Assembly: GCA_030550025.1 (NCBI GenBank)
Contig: JAUQQC010000012.1
Span: 8,870 to 72,869 of the forward strand
Source of the DNA: Acidobacteriota bacterium
GTDB taxonomy: Bacteria; Acidobacteriota; Blastocatellia; HR10
Direction: 5' to 3'
Length of the DNA: 64,000 nucleotides
In this document: piece by piece, positions 52,365 through 63,703 of the stretch
Layout of the letters: the number at the start of each line of letters is the position of its first letter
How positions within the stretch are numbered: position 1 is the stretch's first letter
The notes under the pieces: generated by a model
The model's database searches: none
Seen by the model: the letters and a program-made list of their open reading frames with translations, nothing else
Told to the model about the DNA's origin: nothing
Position numbers and translations under genes: made by a program

Positions 52365-54011
52365 TCAACTCACGGACGCATAAAGGCGTTCGATCTCCTG
52401 GTGAAAGCGAGTGAGAATGGCTTCGCGCCGGAGCTTCCCGTTGGCCGTCAGCAAGCCGTTCTCGATCGTGAAGGACTCGGGCAGGATCGCGTATGCTCGA
52501 ATGCGCTTATAGTGGGGGAGCTGCGCGTTGAACGCTTCCAAGGCAGCCTCGACCTGCGCGGGCATGACGGACCCCGTAATCAGGGCCACCAGATGCGGAC
52601 GTCCATGTCCGACGATGACGACGTGCTGGGCATCGGGGAGAGCGCGAAGGAGCGCGTCTTCAAGCGGTTCCGGCGGAACGTTATGGCCGGAACTAAGGAC
52701 GATGAGGTGTTTGACCCGCCCGAGGATGCTCCAATTCCCCCTCGCATCCACCTCGCCGTGATCCCCGGTGCAGAACCAGCCATCGCGGAAAGCCTGAGCT
52801 GTGGCTTGCGGACGATTCCAATAGCCGGGGAAGACGTTGGGGCCGCGCACGAGGATCTCCCCGTTGTCGGCGAGCTTCATCTCGATGCCCGGGATGGCGC
52901 GACCGACGCATCCGGGCACGAAGTCCTCGGGATCGTCCATTGTGCAGATGGCCGTTGTCTCCGTGAGGCCATAGACTTGGAGCACGGGAATGCCGAGCAT
53001 CATGAAGAACAGTTGCGTCTCGCGGTGCAGCGGCGCCGATCCGCAGATGAGCGCCACAAGATGTGGTCCAAGTCGTCTGCGAATCGCATGGAAGAGCGGA
53101 CGGCAGAGCGCAAGCCACAGGAAGTCGCGCGCTGAGGCCACGCCCTCGAAGCGCCGAAACCAAGCCGTCTGGCCGCGCTTGAAGAGGGCGTACAGGATTC
53201 GCCCCTTCTGCCGCAGTTGGTCTTCGATCCTGGCGCGCATCCGCTCCAGAAGGAGCGGAACGTTCAGGAAATAGTGAGGACGGGCCAACTGCAGCTCCTC
53301 ACTCAAGCGCGTGAGATCGGTCGAGAGCGTGAGCACGCTTGGCCGCGACAGGCACGTCAGCAGCAGAATCCATGAACCCGCGAAGCAGAAGGGCAAGTAG
53401 TGGAAGACGCGCTCGGGCGCGCGCCGCGGACCCATGAGCCGATTCAGCCGCTCGTGCGTGTGTGGGAGCATGAAGGTGACGTTCCCGACGGTGAGGACGA
53501 CCCCTTTGGGTTCGCCCGATGTTCCCGATGTGTAGATGATCGTCACCGGTTCCGAATCGGTCCGTGGGATCGGGACGTCGGGGATCGAATCGCTCTGCGG
53601 ACTCGGCGCGAAGACCTCCGCCAAAAGCGGCATCGGGGGGGCTTCCGACCACAGCGGACGCAATCGCTCGCGCAGCGTCTCATCCTCCACGCAAAGGAGC
53701 GCGGGGGAACAATCCTTCAAAATGCCCACCAATTCCGCGGGCGCCTGGCGCGTGTAGAGGGGAACGACGATGACCCCTTCGGCCATCAGGGCGAGATCGA
53801 GCGCGACCCAGCGAATACTATTAGAGGCAAGTACGGCGCAGCGATCGCCCGAGCGCACGCCCTGACGGCGCAGATACGCGCGCGCCGTGCGGACCAAAGC
53901 GAGAAGATCCGCGCCCGTCACTGAGATGATCCGTCCCTGTCGCACTTCCTGAAGGACGGGGCGATGGGCAGCTTCCTGCAACTGCCGGAAGATAGCCTCA
54001 AGGAAGTTCAT
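52365..54011 (-). CDS. Long-chain acyl-CoA synthetase-like AMP-binding enzyme
   Basis: IIYTSGTSGEPKG, YGLTET, TGD and LLTANGKLRR motifs. Confidence 0.9.
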   Translation of the reverse strand: MNFLEAIFRQLQEAAHRPVLQEVRQGRIISVTGADLLALVRTARAYLRRQGVRSGDRCAVLASNSIRWVALDLALMAEGVIVVPLYTRQAPAELVGILKDCSPALLCVEDETLRERLRPLWSEAPPMPLLAEVFAPSPQSDSIPDVPIPRTDSEPVTIIYTSGTSGEPKGVVLTVGNVTFMLPHTHERLNRLMGPRRAPERVFHYLPFCFAGSWILLLTCLSRPSVLTLSTDLTRLSEELQLARPHYFLNVPLLLERMRARIEDQLRQKGRILYALFKRGQTAWFRRFEGVASARDFLWLALCRPLFHAIRRRLGPHLVALICGSAPLHRETQLFFMMLGIPVLQVYGLTETTAICTMDDPEDFVPGCVGRAIPGIEMKLADNGEILVRGPNVFPGYWNRPQATAQAFRDGWFCTGDHGEVDARGNWSILGRVKHLIVLSSGHNVPPEPLEDALLRALPDAQHVVIVGHGRPHLVALITGSVMPAQVEAALEAFNAQLPHYKRIRAYAILPESFTIENGLLTANGKLRREAILTRFHQEIERLYASVS

Positions 54012-54083
54012 CCGACTCCTCCCTTCCATGGTGGACGGCAGCGCCCAAGAGGGCGGTGGGCGATCCCCGCGTTCGGGTCGCCC

Positions 54084-55535
54084 TCACGCACGGGATGAGG
54101 GCTCTCCGCTCGTCGTGGGCTCTTCGACATCATACTCTTCGAGCAATCGGCGCAGTGTGGGGCTGAGCGGGGGGAGGTACTCTTCCCAGGAGAGAATCCC
54201 CCGGCGAACGGGGAATTCCGGATAGCAGCGATGCAGATACTCCTCGAAATGGACCCCCATGCGGGCCATGAGCTTGAGATTCCGAACCACTGTTCGCCCG
54301 ATGTCCTCGCGAATCGCCTCCTGCTCTTTCTGCAGCGTCGTGAGGACGTGCAGCAACTTCTCCTCCAGCTCCGGATCGTCCACCTCCAGAAGTAGGTGCG
54401 CATGGCCGCGCTCCTGCATGAGGTTGCGAATCCGCTCATCCATGGTGACGCCGGCCGAGACGACGCCGGCTGGCATACTGCACACGATGCCGTGATAGCG
54501 CGAAGAGATCATCAAATGCCCGCAGCGGAGGATGCTCACCAGCTGATACATATCGTATTGATCGGAGGCGAAGATGGGGACGCCGCCCAAGCGTTCGGAG
54601 AGACGGCGGCAGGCATCGCGGTCGAGCATCTCCATAGCGACCAGGACGGGGAAGACTCGGCTTCGCTCTTGGAACGCGCGAATGGCATGCGCCAGCGCCG
54701 TCAGATAGCGCTCGTAGCGCGCGACGACTTCCGGTCCCCATCGGTGGAAGTAGATCGTGCGGTAATGGCTCTCGCGATAAGCGCCCGTGAGGGCATGCCA
54801 CGCATATTTCCAGAGCGAGGGTTTCACGGGCCACCAGTAGGGATTGATCGGACAGACTACGAGCACGGGGCGACGCTCATCCCATCCGGCTTCGCGTAAG
54901 GCGGCGCGCCCGTATTCCGGGCCAAGCGGCTCGAACGTCCAGGCCGTATCCGTGCCGAGTTCGGTCGGAATGCCCAGCCGATTCAAAATGACGCGCGATT
55001 CCTCGTTTCGGGTGATGACCAGCGAATGGCGACAATATCGGCTGACCAAGCGCGCCAGAAACGGATCCATCTCCCCCGCTTCCGCGCCATAGCCGATCGA
55101 GAGGCGATTGCGGGCCGAGGCAATCCCAAGCGCGCCGACCATCATGGTCGTGAGGGCATTGGCGAATTTGCTCTTGAACATGGAGCCCTCGCAGGCGATG
55201 ACGCCATCGTATTTCGGGACCTCGCGCGCGAGCATCGGAGGGAAGACATCGGGGAGCTTGATCTGCTGCGCTCCTTGGAAATACCCGCGCGTCAGCTCGA
55301 AATTCTGCGTCATGACGCTCAGGCTGACGTTCTCATCTCCGAGGATGTGTCGGATCTGCCGCACCATCTCCTCGACGCGCACGTCGGCCCCCGTATTGCG
55401 CGCGCCGTTGTATCCGGCAAAGAGGAGTTTCAGCTTCTCCCCGGGTCGCCATCGATCGCCAAAGCCGAGAATCCACTGGAGCTTGAACCATTCGATCGTC
55501 GCCCCCACCCAGAGTTCGAGGATCACGTCCATCAT
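54084..55535 (-). CDS. Polysaccharide pyruvyl transferase-like protein
   Basis: [22 protein letters not shown] and SSRYHG, a CsaB/WcaK-like pattern. Confidence 0.7.
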   Translation of the reverse strand: MMDVILELWVGATIEWFKLQWILGFGDRWRPGEKLKLLFAGYNGARNTGADVRVEEMVRQIRHILGDENVSLSVMTQNFELTRGYFQGAQQIKLPDVFPPMLAREVPKYDGVIACEGSMFKSKFANALTTMMVGALGIASARNRLSIGYGAEAGEMDPFLARLVSRYCRHSLVITRNEESRVILNRLGIPTELGTDTAWTFEPLGPEYGRAALREAGWDERRPVLVVCPINPYWWPVKPSLWKYAWHALTGAYRESHYRTIYFHRWGPEVVARYERYLTALAHAIRAFQERSRVFPVLVAMEMLDRDACRRLSERLGGVPIFASDQYDMYQLVSILRCGHLMISSRYHGIVCSMPAGVVSAGVTMDERIRNLMQERGHAHLLLEVDDPELEEKLLHVLTTLQKEQEAIREDIGRTVVRNLKLMARMGVHFEEYLHRCYPEFPVRRGILSWEEYLPPLSPTLRRLLEEYDVEEPTTSGEPSSRA

Positions 55536-56725
55536 AGCGCGCCCTCAGATTCGCGAAGATGCGAGGCCAGAACGCGCGGAGGGATTGCTTCGACGTCCTC
55601 CGGCCACGCTTTGTAGGGATAGGCGAAGCGATGCGTCGTGCTGAAGACGTAGAGCGGGTAGCAATACTCGGAGAACGGTGGAGGGGTACGTCCGAGTTCT
55701 TCCACCACGCGCGTGTTGTCAAAGACCGTGTTCCACACCAGATACGGCATAAAGACCTTGAGCAACGACGCCACGTAGCCGACCGTCGTGCGGCGACGCT
55801 CGGCGAGCCAGTTCACCACGGCCGTGAACGGACGCTCCAACGCGGGCAGGTACAGCGGTCGAGGGGTCCGGCGGGCTCGCGCCAAGGCATCGGTCAATTG
55901 GCGGAAGGTTTGCGCTCCCGCGCCGGCCGAGAGGTGATACGTGTCATATCGCGGCCGCTCTTTCTGATGGAGCGCGACAATGGCTTCGGCGACGAAGTCC
56001 ACCGGGACGATATCCAGGCGATCGTCCGGGCGAAACGGCAGCACGGGCAGACTCGCCAGGAAGACGAAAGCGCGCACCATGTCGAACTGCGTCGTGGCGC
56101 CGTAGCGGCTGTCGCCGAGCACGATGCTCGGGCGAAAGATCGTGCGGGGGACATCGGGCAGCAACTCTCGGATCATGTGCTCGCAGAACTTCTTCGTCCG
56201 CGCGTAGGGATCGTAATCCGGGCGATTCCAGTCAATGGCCTCATCCTCCCGCACGATCTCGTCCTTCCGATGACCGGCGACGGCCACCGTGCTCACGTGG
56301 CTGAAGCGACGCAGGCCGTGATGATCGCGGGCGGCCAGAGCGAGCTTGAGGACTTCCAGCGTCCCGCGCAGATTGACGTTCAGACAGCTGCGCTCGGACC
56401 GCCGATTGAGCGACGCCGCGCAGTGAATGATCGAATCCGTCGTATGCGCGAGCTGCCGATACTCGACCTCCGAGAGGCCGAAGCGCGGCTCCGTCAGATC
56501 GCCCACATAGAGCGTCAGGCGCGTCTGCAGATACTCGTAGAAGGTCGGGAAATCCAGATGCAATTGGAACGCTTGCCACAGGCGGTGAGCAGCTTCCTTC
56601 GGCCCTCTGGCGCGCACGAGCAGGTTCAGATGATCCGTGTGGCGCTCCAACAACAGCACCGCCACATGAGCGCCAATATAGCCCGTCGCTCCCGTGAGCG
56701 TGATGGCCATCGTCGAACGGCTCAA
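55532..56725 (-). CDS. Extended SDR, fatty-acyl/thioester reductase-like
   Basis: [25 protein letters not shown] and VPVDFV motifs. Confidence 0.85.
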   Translation of the reverse strand: MSRSTMAITLTGATGYIGAHVAVLLLERHTDHLNLLVRARGPKEAAHRLWQAFQLHLDFPTFYEYLQTRLTLYVGDLTEPRFGLSEVEYRQLAHTTDSIIHCAASLNRRSERSCLNVNLRGTLEVLKLALAARDHHGLRRFSHVSTVAVAGHRKDEIVREDEAIDWNRPDYDPYARTKKFCEHMIRELLPDVPRTIFRPSIVLGDSRYGATTQFDMVRAFVFLASLPVLPFRPDDRLDIVPVDFVAEAIVALHQKERPRYDTYHLSAGAGAQTFRQLTDALARARRTPRPLYLPALERPFTAVVNWLAERRRTTVGYVASLLKVFMPYLVWNTVFDNTRVVEELGRTPPPFSEYCYPLYVFSTTHRFAYPYKAWPEDVEAIPPRVLASHLRESEGAL

Positions 56726-59079
56726 TCTCCCGACGACCCCGCCGCCGCTCCCATGCTCGAAGGCGTCAACGATCCGGAGGCGCGGCGCGATGGTTCTTCG
56801 ATCGAACGCCCCTCAATCAACGGATACGACCAACGGCGAAGGGCTGGGATGTGAATATTGATCCAATACTCCCACCAATCGATGCCGGTGACGTCGTAGC
56901 CGAAGGTCTCGCGCTCTTCGGGCACGAGCGCCGCCTGCAGCCACTCGATGTGCGTCGCTTCGAAGATATGCTCATTGTGGAGGATGAACGGTTCGTACAG
57001 CTCGATCAGTTTCTCCACGCGATCCAGATCGCGCTCCTTCCGCACGAGCGAGGGATGGACAAAGGGCAGCGGCGCGCTGAATCGCTGCAGCGCTTGAATG
57101 AGCGCTTTCTGACTCGGCACCGAGAGCCGCTCATACCGTTCCTTGGAGACCGGGATGGGATCGAAGAAGGCGCGCAGCCGATATTCCAGCTCCTTTTGCG
57201 CGCGGTAGAACTTGCGATGGGCGAGCCCTGTCAGCTCGATCGAGCGACGCATGGGACAGGGATTGCGCATGGAGGTCGCCAGATGATACACCCGCTCGTG
57301 GCACCGTTGGCAGAGCGCGGCGGCGATGAGCATCATGCCCCGCACGACCAGATCCACCGGGATGACATCCAAGCGCTTCCATTGATTGGAGGGGAGCTGC
57401 CGAAAGTACGTCCCCAACAGATAGGAGATGGGCGCTGACGTGTTCACGCCCTCGTTCCATCCTCGGAACGGCTCCACGATGGAGCTCTCGACGATGGAGG
57501 GACGCACGACGGCGATGGGCAAATCGCCCCCTCGCGTGAAGAGCAACGACTCGCCCAGACTCTTCGTGAACGTGTACGTGTTGGGCCATCCCAACTCTTG
57601 CGCGCGGCGCATCCCGGCTTCCACAAGTTGATTGCGAATCCAGCGCAGCCGATATCGGCGGAGCCGCGTCTCCAGCCCAGAGGAGCTACTGTCGTGCGCC
57701 TGGCGAGCCTTCTCCAGCGCCTGCCGCCGCAGTTCCTCGGTGACCTCCGCGCTCTCGGCGCGCTCGCAAATCTCGCGCACGAGCGCGTGCAAGGCTTGGC
57801 GCTCCCGCTCGGCATCAAAATCGGGTACCCCTCGGGGAGTATAGTTCGCGACGGGAACCTCCGGGATGTACCCATCCCGATATCCAACGACATAGCAGGT
57901 CGAGAGATGCAACAGCGCCGCCCGCTCGCACTGCCGCACGAAGTCGAGCACTCGGAGCGTTCCCTCTACGTTGATCGCCAGCGCGTCGCGAAGATCTGGG
58001 TTGAAATCGGTCAACCCTGAGCTGTTGACCACCAGATCGAGCGTCTTCTGCAAGCGCGCGCGCGTCTCCGGGTCAATTCCCAGATCGGGCTGGGTGATAT
58101 CTCCCGCGATGACTTCGACCCGCTCGTTCAAGTATCGCCCGAGCTCCTCCCCATAGCGTTCGTGCAAGGGCTCGAAGACCGGCGACTCGGCCAGGAGCAT
58201 TTCAAAACGGCGTTTGGCCGAAGTCGCGCGATGCGGACGGATGAGCAGATACAGGCGCCCGATCTCGGGCAAGTCCTTCAAGACCTTGGCCAGCCACACC
58301 TTCCCAATGAACCCCGTCCCCCCGATGAGCAAGATGTGCTTGCCGGCGAGCGCCTCGCGTACCGAGAGGCGCTGGATCGGCTTCGGTTTTCGGAAGAGCA
58401 CTAAACGAGAAGGGATCGAGGGCGCTTCCCCCTCTCGACGAGCCGGCGTGATCGCGCACCAGATGACGTGGGTCGGGAGATTGAGATCGCGCGCCAGTTG
58501 CTCCACCGAGAGGCGACCATCAGCCGAGAGGCCGCGCAGTCGCGCCAGTGCACCGCGCGGGCGGATCACCGGATCGAGCAGCCGCCCAGTCGCCAACCCC
58601 GCACGAAACTCCAACCGATTAGCGAGGATGTATGGGACGCCCAGATGCTGCGCCAGAGGACGCAGGATGTGTTCCACCGCCTGACTCACCAGAACGATCG
58701 GGGCACCCCGAGCGGCGAGTTGCTGCACGCGTGCGACCGCTTCCTTGTTCAAGCGCGGCTTGAGGACATAGTGGAAATATTCTTCTCCCAGGAGGTCGAG
58801 GCGATCCCGACTGATACCGCGCAAAAGCGCATGCAGCATGCGCGTGGCCAAGACGCGATCGGTCAGATAGAGAACGGGGCGAATCACGGCCGAGAGTGCC
58901 AAACTCATGCGCCGCGCCCATCGTTCGGCGAAGCTCTGCGCGTTCCACGTGAAGAAGGCGATCGGACGCACGGCGCTCAGGTTCAACAAGCTCCCTTCCA
59001 CGCGCCAGAAGATCCACTGATCCGGAACGCTCGCAGTGTGCGATCGACACGCTTCAGACATACAGCAACTCGACGACAC
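56722..59079 (-). CDS. Fusion of a degenerate HAD-IB domain and a fatty acyl-CoA reductase
   Basis: N-terminal HAD-like region (VLVS, ANRLEF..GLATGRL); C-terminal [33 protein letters not shown] and IPVD motifs. Confidence 0.85.
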   Translation of the reverse strand: MSSSCCMSEACRSHTASVPDQWIFWRVEGSLLNLSAVRPIAFFTWNAQSFAERWARRMSLALSAVIRPVLYLTDRVLATRMLHALLRGISRDRLDLLGEEYFHYVLKPRLNKEAVARVQQLAARGAPIVLVSQAVEHILRPLAQHLGVPYILANRLEFRAGLATGRLLDPVIRPRGALARLRGLSADGRLSVEQLARDLNLPTHVIWCAITPARREGEAPSIPSRLVLFRKPKPIQRLSVREALAGKHILLIGGTGFIGKVWLAKVLKDLPEIGRLYLLIRPHRATSAKRRFEMLLAESPVFEPLHERYGEELGRYLNERVEVIAGDITQPDLGIDPETRARLQKTLDLVVNSSGLTDFNPDLRDALAINVEGTLRVLDFVRQCERAALLHLSTCYVVGYRDGYIPEVPVANYTPRGVPDFDAERERQALHALVREICERAESAEVTEELRRQALEKARQAHDSSSSGLETRLRRYRLRWIRNQLVEAGMRRAQELGWPNTYTFTKSLGESLLFTRGGDLPIAVVRPSIVESSIVEPFRGWNEGVNTSAPISYLLGTYFRQLPSNQWKRLDVIPVDLVVRGMMLIAAALCQRCHERVYHLATSMRNPCPMRRSIELTGLAHRKFYRAQKELEYRLRAFFDPIPVSKERYERLSVPSQKALIQALQRFSAPLPFVHPSLVRKERDLDRVEKLIELYEPFILHNEHIFEATHIEWLQAALVPEERETFGYDVTGIDWWEYWINIHIPALRRWSYPLIEGRSIEEPSRRASGSLTPSSMGAAAGSSGD

Positions 59080-59127
59080 CTCTTCTCCGTTTCGATTCCC
59101 CGATCATGCCCCGTGAGATCGGCCCAC

Positions 59128-59155
59128 AGTATAGCAAAGTTTGACAGAGAATCAA
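59128..59155 (-). promoter_or_regulatory. Promoter of the reductase operon
   Basis: Minus strand TTGATT-16 nt-TATACT with an extended TGn; a TTTGA-N7-TCAAA inverted repeat overlaps the -35 element. Confidence 0.55.
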
Positions 59156-59352
59156 AGTCGGGATAAGCAGTCCACCCGCTGGCGCGCTCCCGATCCCCAT
59201 GCGCGAGCGGAATGAGCCTCCGAGACGCCTTCGGGCACGGGGCGTCTCGGCCGACATCGCTTTTTGGTCTGGCTGGAACCCCCGTCCGATGTCTACAATT
59301 GGCTGCTGCCTGCGGTGGAGATATCGGAGGGCGGCAAGCGGAGGGTTCACGT

Positions 59353-59571
59353 ATGATCATTGACTTCCGCGCGATCGCGCACTTGATCCCGGGATGGATC
59401 TTCAACGAGTACGGGCAACTCACGGGCCGATACGTCCACCGAGATCGGATCGTCTGCGTCGCCGAGAACGGGCGCATCCAGGTCTGGGTGGATCGCGAGG
59501 CGTACGAGAATCGGGATCCGGAAGGGCTCATCTGCGACTACGACGCCCGCGATTTGCTCGGCATGCGATGA
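59353..59571 (+). CDS. Small hypothetical protein (72 aa)
   Basis: GAGGG RBS; MIIDFRAIAHLIPGWIFNEYG...; genome-like codon usage. Confidence 0.6.
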   Translation: MIIDFRAIAHLIPGWIFNEYGQLTGRYVHRDRIVCVAENGRIQVWVDREAYENRDPEGLICDYDARDLLGMR

Positions 59572-59595
59572 GCGAAGATCAGCGGCGAGGAAATT

Positions 59596-59624
59596 TTGAG
59601 TCAACGACGGCCTCCTGCTAAAAT
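59596..59624 (+). promoter_or_regulatory. Promoter of the ferredoxin-deacetylase-ACP-ligase-kinase operon
   Basis: TTGAGT-17 nt-TAAAAT with an extended TGn. Confidence 0.6.
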
Positions 59625-59663
59625 AGCCCTCTCCAGCCGGAGGGGGGAGCCCCCGTCAAGGTC

Positions 59664-60692
59664 ATGATTTCGGGCGATGGGGCTATGAGGGATGGGCGAC
59701 TCTTTGAAGCTTTCTTGAACCGGCATGATGAAGACGCGTGGCAGCGGATCCTGGCCGAGCTGGAGCCGCATATTCACGAGGTGGACCGAGTGGCCACGCG
59801 CATTTGGTTTCACTTCTTCCCGCTCTCGCTGGCGCAGGCGTTACAGGAGGCGGAGGATCCGCAGGTATTGGCGCGCGAGCTGTTCCTCGATGGGAAGTAT
59901 CGGCTTGCGGATCAGATCGATTCCTCGCATCGGTTTCTGTACGGCCACCGATATTGGCCGGAGGTGAAGCGCGCGCTCATCGAGTATGCGCAGTCGCCGC
60001 GCACGTTGCAGACGTTGGAATTAGCCGGGCACATTCGTGAGGTCGCCTCCCACGTGGCTGAACGACGGCGCATCGAGCCCTCGCTCGTCGTGGGGATCAC
60101 GGCCGTCGCCTTCATGACGCTGCAACAGGTGGGATGGGCGGCCTTCGAAGCGGCTCCGGGCACGATCGCGCTTGATCCTCAGATCGCCGCGCGCACGCCC
60201 GAGGAAGTGCTCGCTTATCGAGCACGCGACGATCGTCAGCGCTTCTTCTACTGGTGGAAGTATCCAGACAAGGTGTGGACGATCACATTCGATGAGAACG
60301 ATCCTGAGGCGACGTTCCGGTTGATCAACCGTCAGCATCTGACGACGGCAGCGGCCCAGGACAAGCGCCCTTATCATCTTCGCGATCCGCGATGCGTGCC
60401 CAATGAAGGGCCGATCCCCGTCCAATGCCGGTCTGGGTCGTGCGGATCGTGTTGGGTGGGTGTGCTCGGCGGCGCCGAGAAGCTCTCGGAGATGGAGGAG
60501 TACGAGCGGCGTCGGCTGCGGGAGTTCGGATACATTGAGACCGAGGAACCGAAGCCCATCATTCGCTTGGCATGTCAGGCGCGCGCGTTTGGGGCGGTCT
60601 CGATCGTAATCCCGCCGTGGAACGGCGTCTTCGGGCGTTTCCTGCGGAAGTGGAAGCAGCAACGTTCGATGGAGCTGACGGGGACGCCATGA
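59664..60692 (+). CDS. Protein with an unknown N-terminal domain and a C-terminal 2Fe-2S ferredoxin
   Basis: CRSGSCGSC...RLACQ motif. Confidence 0.8.
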   Translation: MISGDGAMRDGRLFEAFLNRHDEDAWQRILAELEPHIHEVDRVATRIWFHFFPLSLAQALQEAEDPQVLARELFLDGKYRLADQIDSSHRFLYGHRYWPEVKRALIEYAQSPRTLQTLELAGHIREVASHVAERRRIEPSLVVGITAVAFMTLQQVGWAAFEAAPGTIALDPQIAARTPEEVLAYRARDDRQRFFYWWKYPDKVWTITFDENDPEATFRLINRQHLTTAAAQDKRPYHLRDPRCVPNEGPIPVQCRSGSCGSCWVGVLGGAEKLSEMEEYERRRLREFGYIETEEPKPIIRLACQARAFGAVSIVIPPWNGVFGRFLRKWKQQRSMELTGTP

Positions 60693-60741
60693 TGTTGCGA
60701 GAGGGCCTTCGGAGGAGGCGCTCTCGCCAAAGGAGGCGGAG

Positions 60742-61731
60742 ATGAGAGCACGCGTTCTCTTATTGGGATGCCTCGGGGCGGCGACGCTCCTGGCCTTCTG
60801 GGGAGCGGCGCGCTCGACCGATCCGATGCGTCAGGAGCCGCCGTGGCGGTGGCCTGAGAGCCGCGTCTTGGAGGTCGCTCGCCGAGTGCGTGCCGGACGC
60901 GATCTGACGCCCAGGCAGTGGCCGGGCGGCGCTCGCGTCGCCGTCGGCCTCTCGTTCGACTTCGATAACGAGACGCCGGCACTGCGCGATGGACAAACGT
61001 CCCCGGCCCTCATGGCGCAGGGCGAATATGGGGCGCGCGCGGGTCTGCCGCGCGTTCTGCGCCTTTTGGATAAGTATCAGATCCCGGCGACGTTCTTCAT
61101 CCCCGCTATGAGCGCGAAACTCCATCCACACTCGGTGCGGGAGATCCTCGCGCGAGGACGGCATGAGATCGCCTTGCACGGGTGGATTCACGAGCGGAAT
61201 TCTCTGCTCTCGGAAGACGAAGAGCGGGAGCTGATGCGTCGGAGCTTGGAGGCCTTGGAGCAGATCACCGGGCGCCGGCCCGTAGGGATTCGGACGCCTT
61301 CGTGGGATTTCAGCCCGTGGACGATGAAGCTCATTCGCGAATTCGGATTGCTCTACGACAGCAGCCTCATGGCGGACGACCGACCTTACGAAGTCCTGCT
61401 GGAGGGCGTGCCGACAGGGGTCGTGGAGCTTCCCGTCGAATGGATTTTGGACGATTACCCCTACTTCGGTATGGATCGGCAATCCGCCATTCGGCCGCAT
61501 ACGACGCCGGAGGAAGTCTTCTCAATCTGGCGCGACGAGTTCGATCAGGCCTACGAGGAAGGCACGATCTTCATCCTCACGATGCATCCGCATATCATCG
61601 GGCATCGGTCGCGCATCGTCATGCTCGAACGGCTGATCCAGCACATGCGGCGGCAACCGGGCGTGTGGTTCGCCACGCATGAGGAAATCGCACGCTACGT
61701 GCGGGAGGCCGGTCGTCAACCGGCGAAATGA
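60742..61731 (+). CDS. Polysaccharide deacetylase (CE4), exported
   Basis: SFDFD, HGWIH, RTPSW, YDSS and MHPH motifs; signal peptide. Confidence 0.88.
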   Translation: MRARVLLLGCLGAATLLAFWGAARSTDPMRQEPPWRWPESRVLEVARRVRAGRDLTPRQWPGGARVAVGLSFDFDNETPALRDGQTSPALMAQGEYGARAGLPRVLRLLDKYQIPATFFIPAMSAKLHPHSVREILARGRHEIALHGWIHERNSLLSEDEERELMRRSLEALEQITGRRPVGIRTPSWDFSPWTMKLIREFGLLYDSSLMADDRPYEVLLEGVPTGVVELPVEWILDDYPYFGMDRQSAIRPHTTPEEVFSIWRDEFDQAYEEGTIFILTMHPHIIGHRSRIVMLERLIQHMRRQPGVWFATHEEIARYVREAGRQPAK

Positions 61732-61751
61732 ATCGAGGAGGGACGGCGAGG

Positions 61752-61994
61752 ATGCGCACGTTGGAACAGACGATCGAAGAGTTGCTCGATCTGGCAGCGC
61801 GCTATTTTCGCCTGCCGCGAGAGCAACTCTCCCCGGACGACGATCTCTTCGAGAAGCTGCGGATTGATAGCTTGCAAGCGCTGGAGTTGCTCGGGCGCCT
61901 GGAGCAACATTTTCAAATCGAGTTGCCGGATTACGAGTTGCAGGGAGTGACGAGTTTCCGAGCTTTGGCCGAGCGCATCCATGCGAGGTTGTGA
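61752..61994 (+). CDS. Acyl carrier protein
   Basis: About 80 aa acidic protein with the IDSLQALEL phosphopantetheine site. Confidence 0.88.
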   Translation: MRTLEQTIEELLDLAARYFRLPREQLSPDDDLFEKLRIDSLQALELLGRLEQHFQIELPDYELQGVTSFRALAERIHARL

Positions 61995-63703
61995 TGCTGG
62001 AGTTGGAGCGTTATCAGTCGCTCGGAGAGGCGCTCCGCGATGCGCTGGAGCGGTGGGCGGGTTACACCTGCCTGATTGAGGCTGATCGCGAGCGCGAGAA
62101 TTGTCGGCTGACGTATCGGCAGTTCAAGGAGCGGGCCCTGCCGCTGGTGAGCGCGCTGCAGCAGCAGGGTTTCGCCCCCGATACGCGCGCGGCCATCATC
62201 ATGACCAATCAATCGAAGTGGTTGATCTCAGCCTATGCCATCTTTTATGCGGGCGGCGTGCTCGTCCCCCTCGATTACAAGCTGAGTCCGCGCGAGCAGA
62301 TCGGATTGCTGCGGCATGCGCGTGCCTCAGTGCTCATCACGGAATTTCCATTCTGGCGCGCACTGCGACAAGAAGCCGGATGGCACGAGCTATCGCTGCG
62401 GTTGGTCCTGGTGACGGAAGCGCCGCCGGAGGCGGACCTGGGCGAGGCCGTGCGCTGGGAGGAATTTCGCGGCGATGGTGAGCCGACCTTCATTCCGCGC
62501 CGACGCCAGGACGTCGCCTGTATCGTCTATTCCTCGGGCACGGGCGGGCGTCCCAAAGGTTGCGTCCTGACTCACGAGAACTATCTCGAACAATGTCGCT
62601 CGCTCACGGCCATCTATCCCTTCTCTCCCGAGGTGCGCTACTTGAGCATCCTGCCGACGAATCACGCTATTGATTTCATGGTCGGGTTCATCGGCCCATT
62701 CGTCTGCGGGGCGACGGTCGTGCATCTACGCACGCTTCGGCCCGAGTACATCCGCGAGGCCTTCGTGCGCTACAAGATCACTCATATGACCGTCGTGCCG
62801 ATGATCCTCAAGAACTTGGAGCGCGGATTGCGCGAACGGTTCGCGGCTCTCCCCCGGCACAAGCGCGCGCTGCTTCATGCGCTCATGCGGCTCAATCGGT
62901 GGCTCACGCGCCGGCGGCCGAACGTGCGGCTCAGCCGCCGCCTCTTCCCCGACGTCCATCGCGCTTTTGGCGGGCACCTGGAGATGCTCATCGTCGGCGG
63001 CGCGTTCACCGAGCCGTCCACATTGCAATTCTTCTACGACCTTGGGATTCCCGTTGCCAATGGCTATGGGCTCACTGAAGCGTGCACAGCCGTCACGGTG
63101 AATGATCTCCGGCCGTTTCGTGCCGACACCGTGGGCAGACCGCTGCCCGGCGTGGAGGTGAAGATCCTTGACCCGGATGCTGAGGGGATCGGCGAAGTCG
63201 CCGTTCGCGGGAAGAATGTGATGGCGCATTATCTGGACGATCCGGAGCTGACGGCTGAGACGATCGTAGACGGATGGTTGCTCACGGGCGATCTTGGCTG
63301 GATAGATGAGATGGGCCATCTGCATCTGGTCGGGCGGAAGAAGAACATGATCGTGACCGAGGGGGGGAAGAACATCTACCCCGAAGACGTGGAGACGTTT
63401 TTCGAGGGGCTGCCCGTGAAGGAGTTCTGCATCTTCGCGGCCAATTACCTATGGCCGGAGCGACGGTTGGGCCAGGAACAGCTCCTTCTCGTCGTGCATC
63501 CAGCGCCTGGGGAAGACCTCAGCGAGGTCGTGCGGCAGCAGATTCGCGAGCGCAATCGTCGGCTACCGGAGTATAAGCGTGTGCACGGATACCTCATCTG
63601 GGATCGCGACTTCCCGCGGACGGCATCGCTGAAGATCAAGCGGACGGTTCTGGCCGAGGAGATTCGCACGCGCCGGAGTCGCGCCGACGTCCTGTGGCTA
63701 TGA
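61991..63703 (+). CDS. Long-chain acyl-CoA/acyl-ACP synthetase-like AMP-binding enzyme
   Basis: [23 protein letters not shown] and [10 protein letters not shown] motifs. Confidence 0.9.
   Translation: MMLELERYQSLGEALRDALERWAGYTCLIEADRERENCRLTYRQFKERALPLVSALQQQGFAPDTRAAIIMTNQSKWLISAYAIFYAGGVLVPLDYKLSPREQIGLLRHARASVLITEFPFWRALRQEAGWHELSLRLVLVTEAPPEADLGEAVRWEEFRGDGEPTFIPRRRQDVACIVYSSGTGGRPKGCVLTHENYLEQCRSLTAIYPFSPEVRYLSILPTNHAIDFMVGFIGPFVCGATVVHLRTLRPEYIREAFVRYKITHMTVVPMILKNLERGLRERFAALPRHKRALLHALMRLNRWLTRRRPNVRLSRRLFPDVHRAFGGHLEMLIVGGAFTEPSTLQFFYDLGIPVANGYGLTEACTAVTVNDLRPFRADTVGRPLPGVEVKILDPDAEGIGEVAVRGKNVMAHYLDDPELTAETIVDGWLLTGDLGWIDEMGHLHLVGRKKNMIVTEGGKNIYPEDVETFFEGLPVKEFCIFAANYLWPERRLGQEQLLLVVHPAPGEDLSEVVRQQIRERNRRLPEYKRVHGYLIWDRDFPRTASLKIKRTVLAEEIRTRRSRADVLWL

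Noticed and set aside
59140-59156. FNR box
   Set aside because: TTGAC-N5-ATCAA has the wrong spacing for FNR (N4); it is noted only as an inverted repeat.
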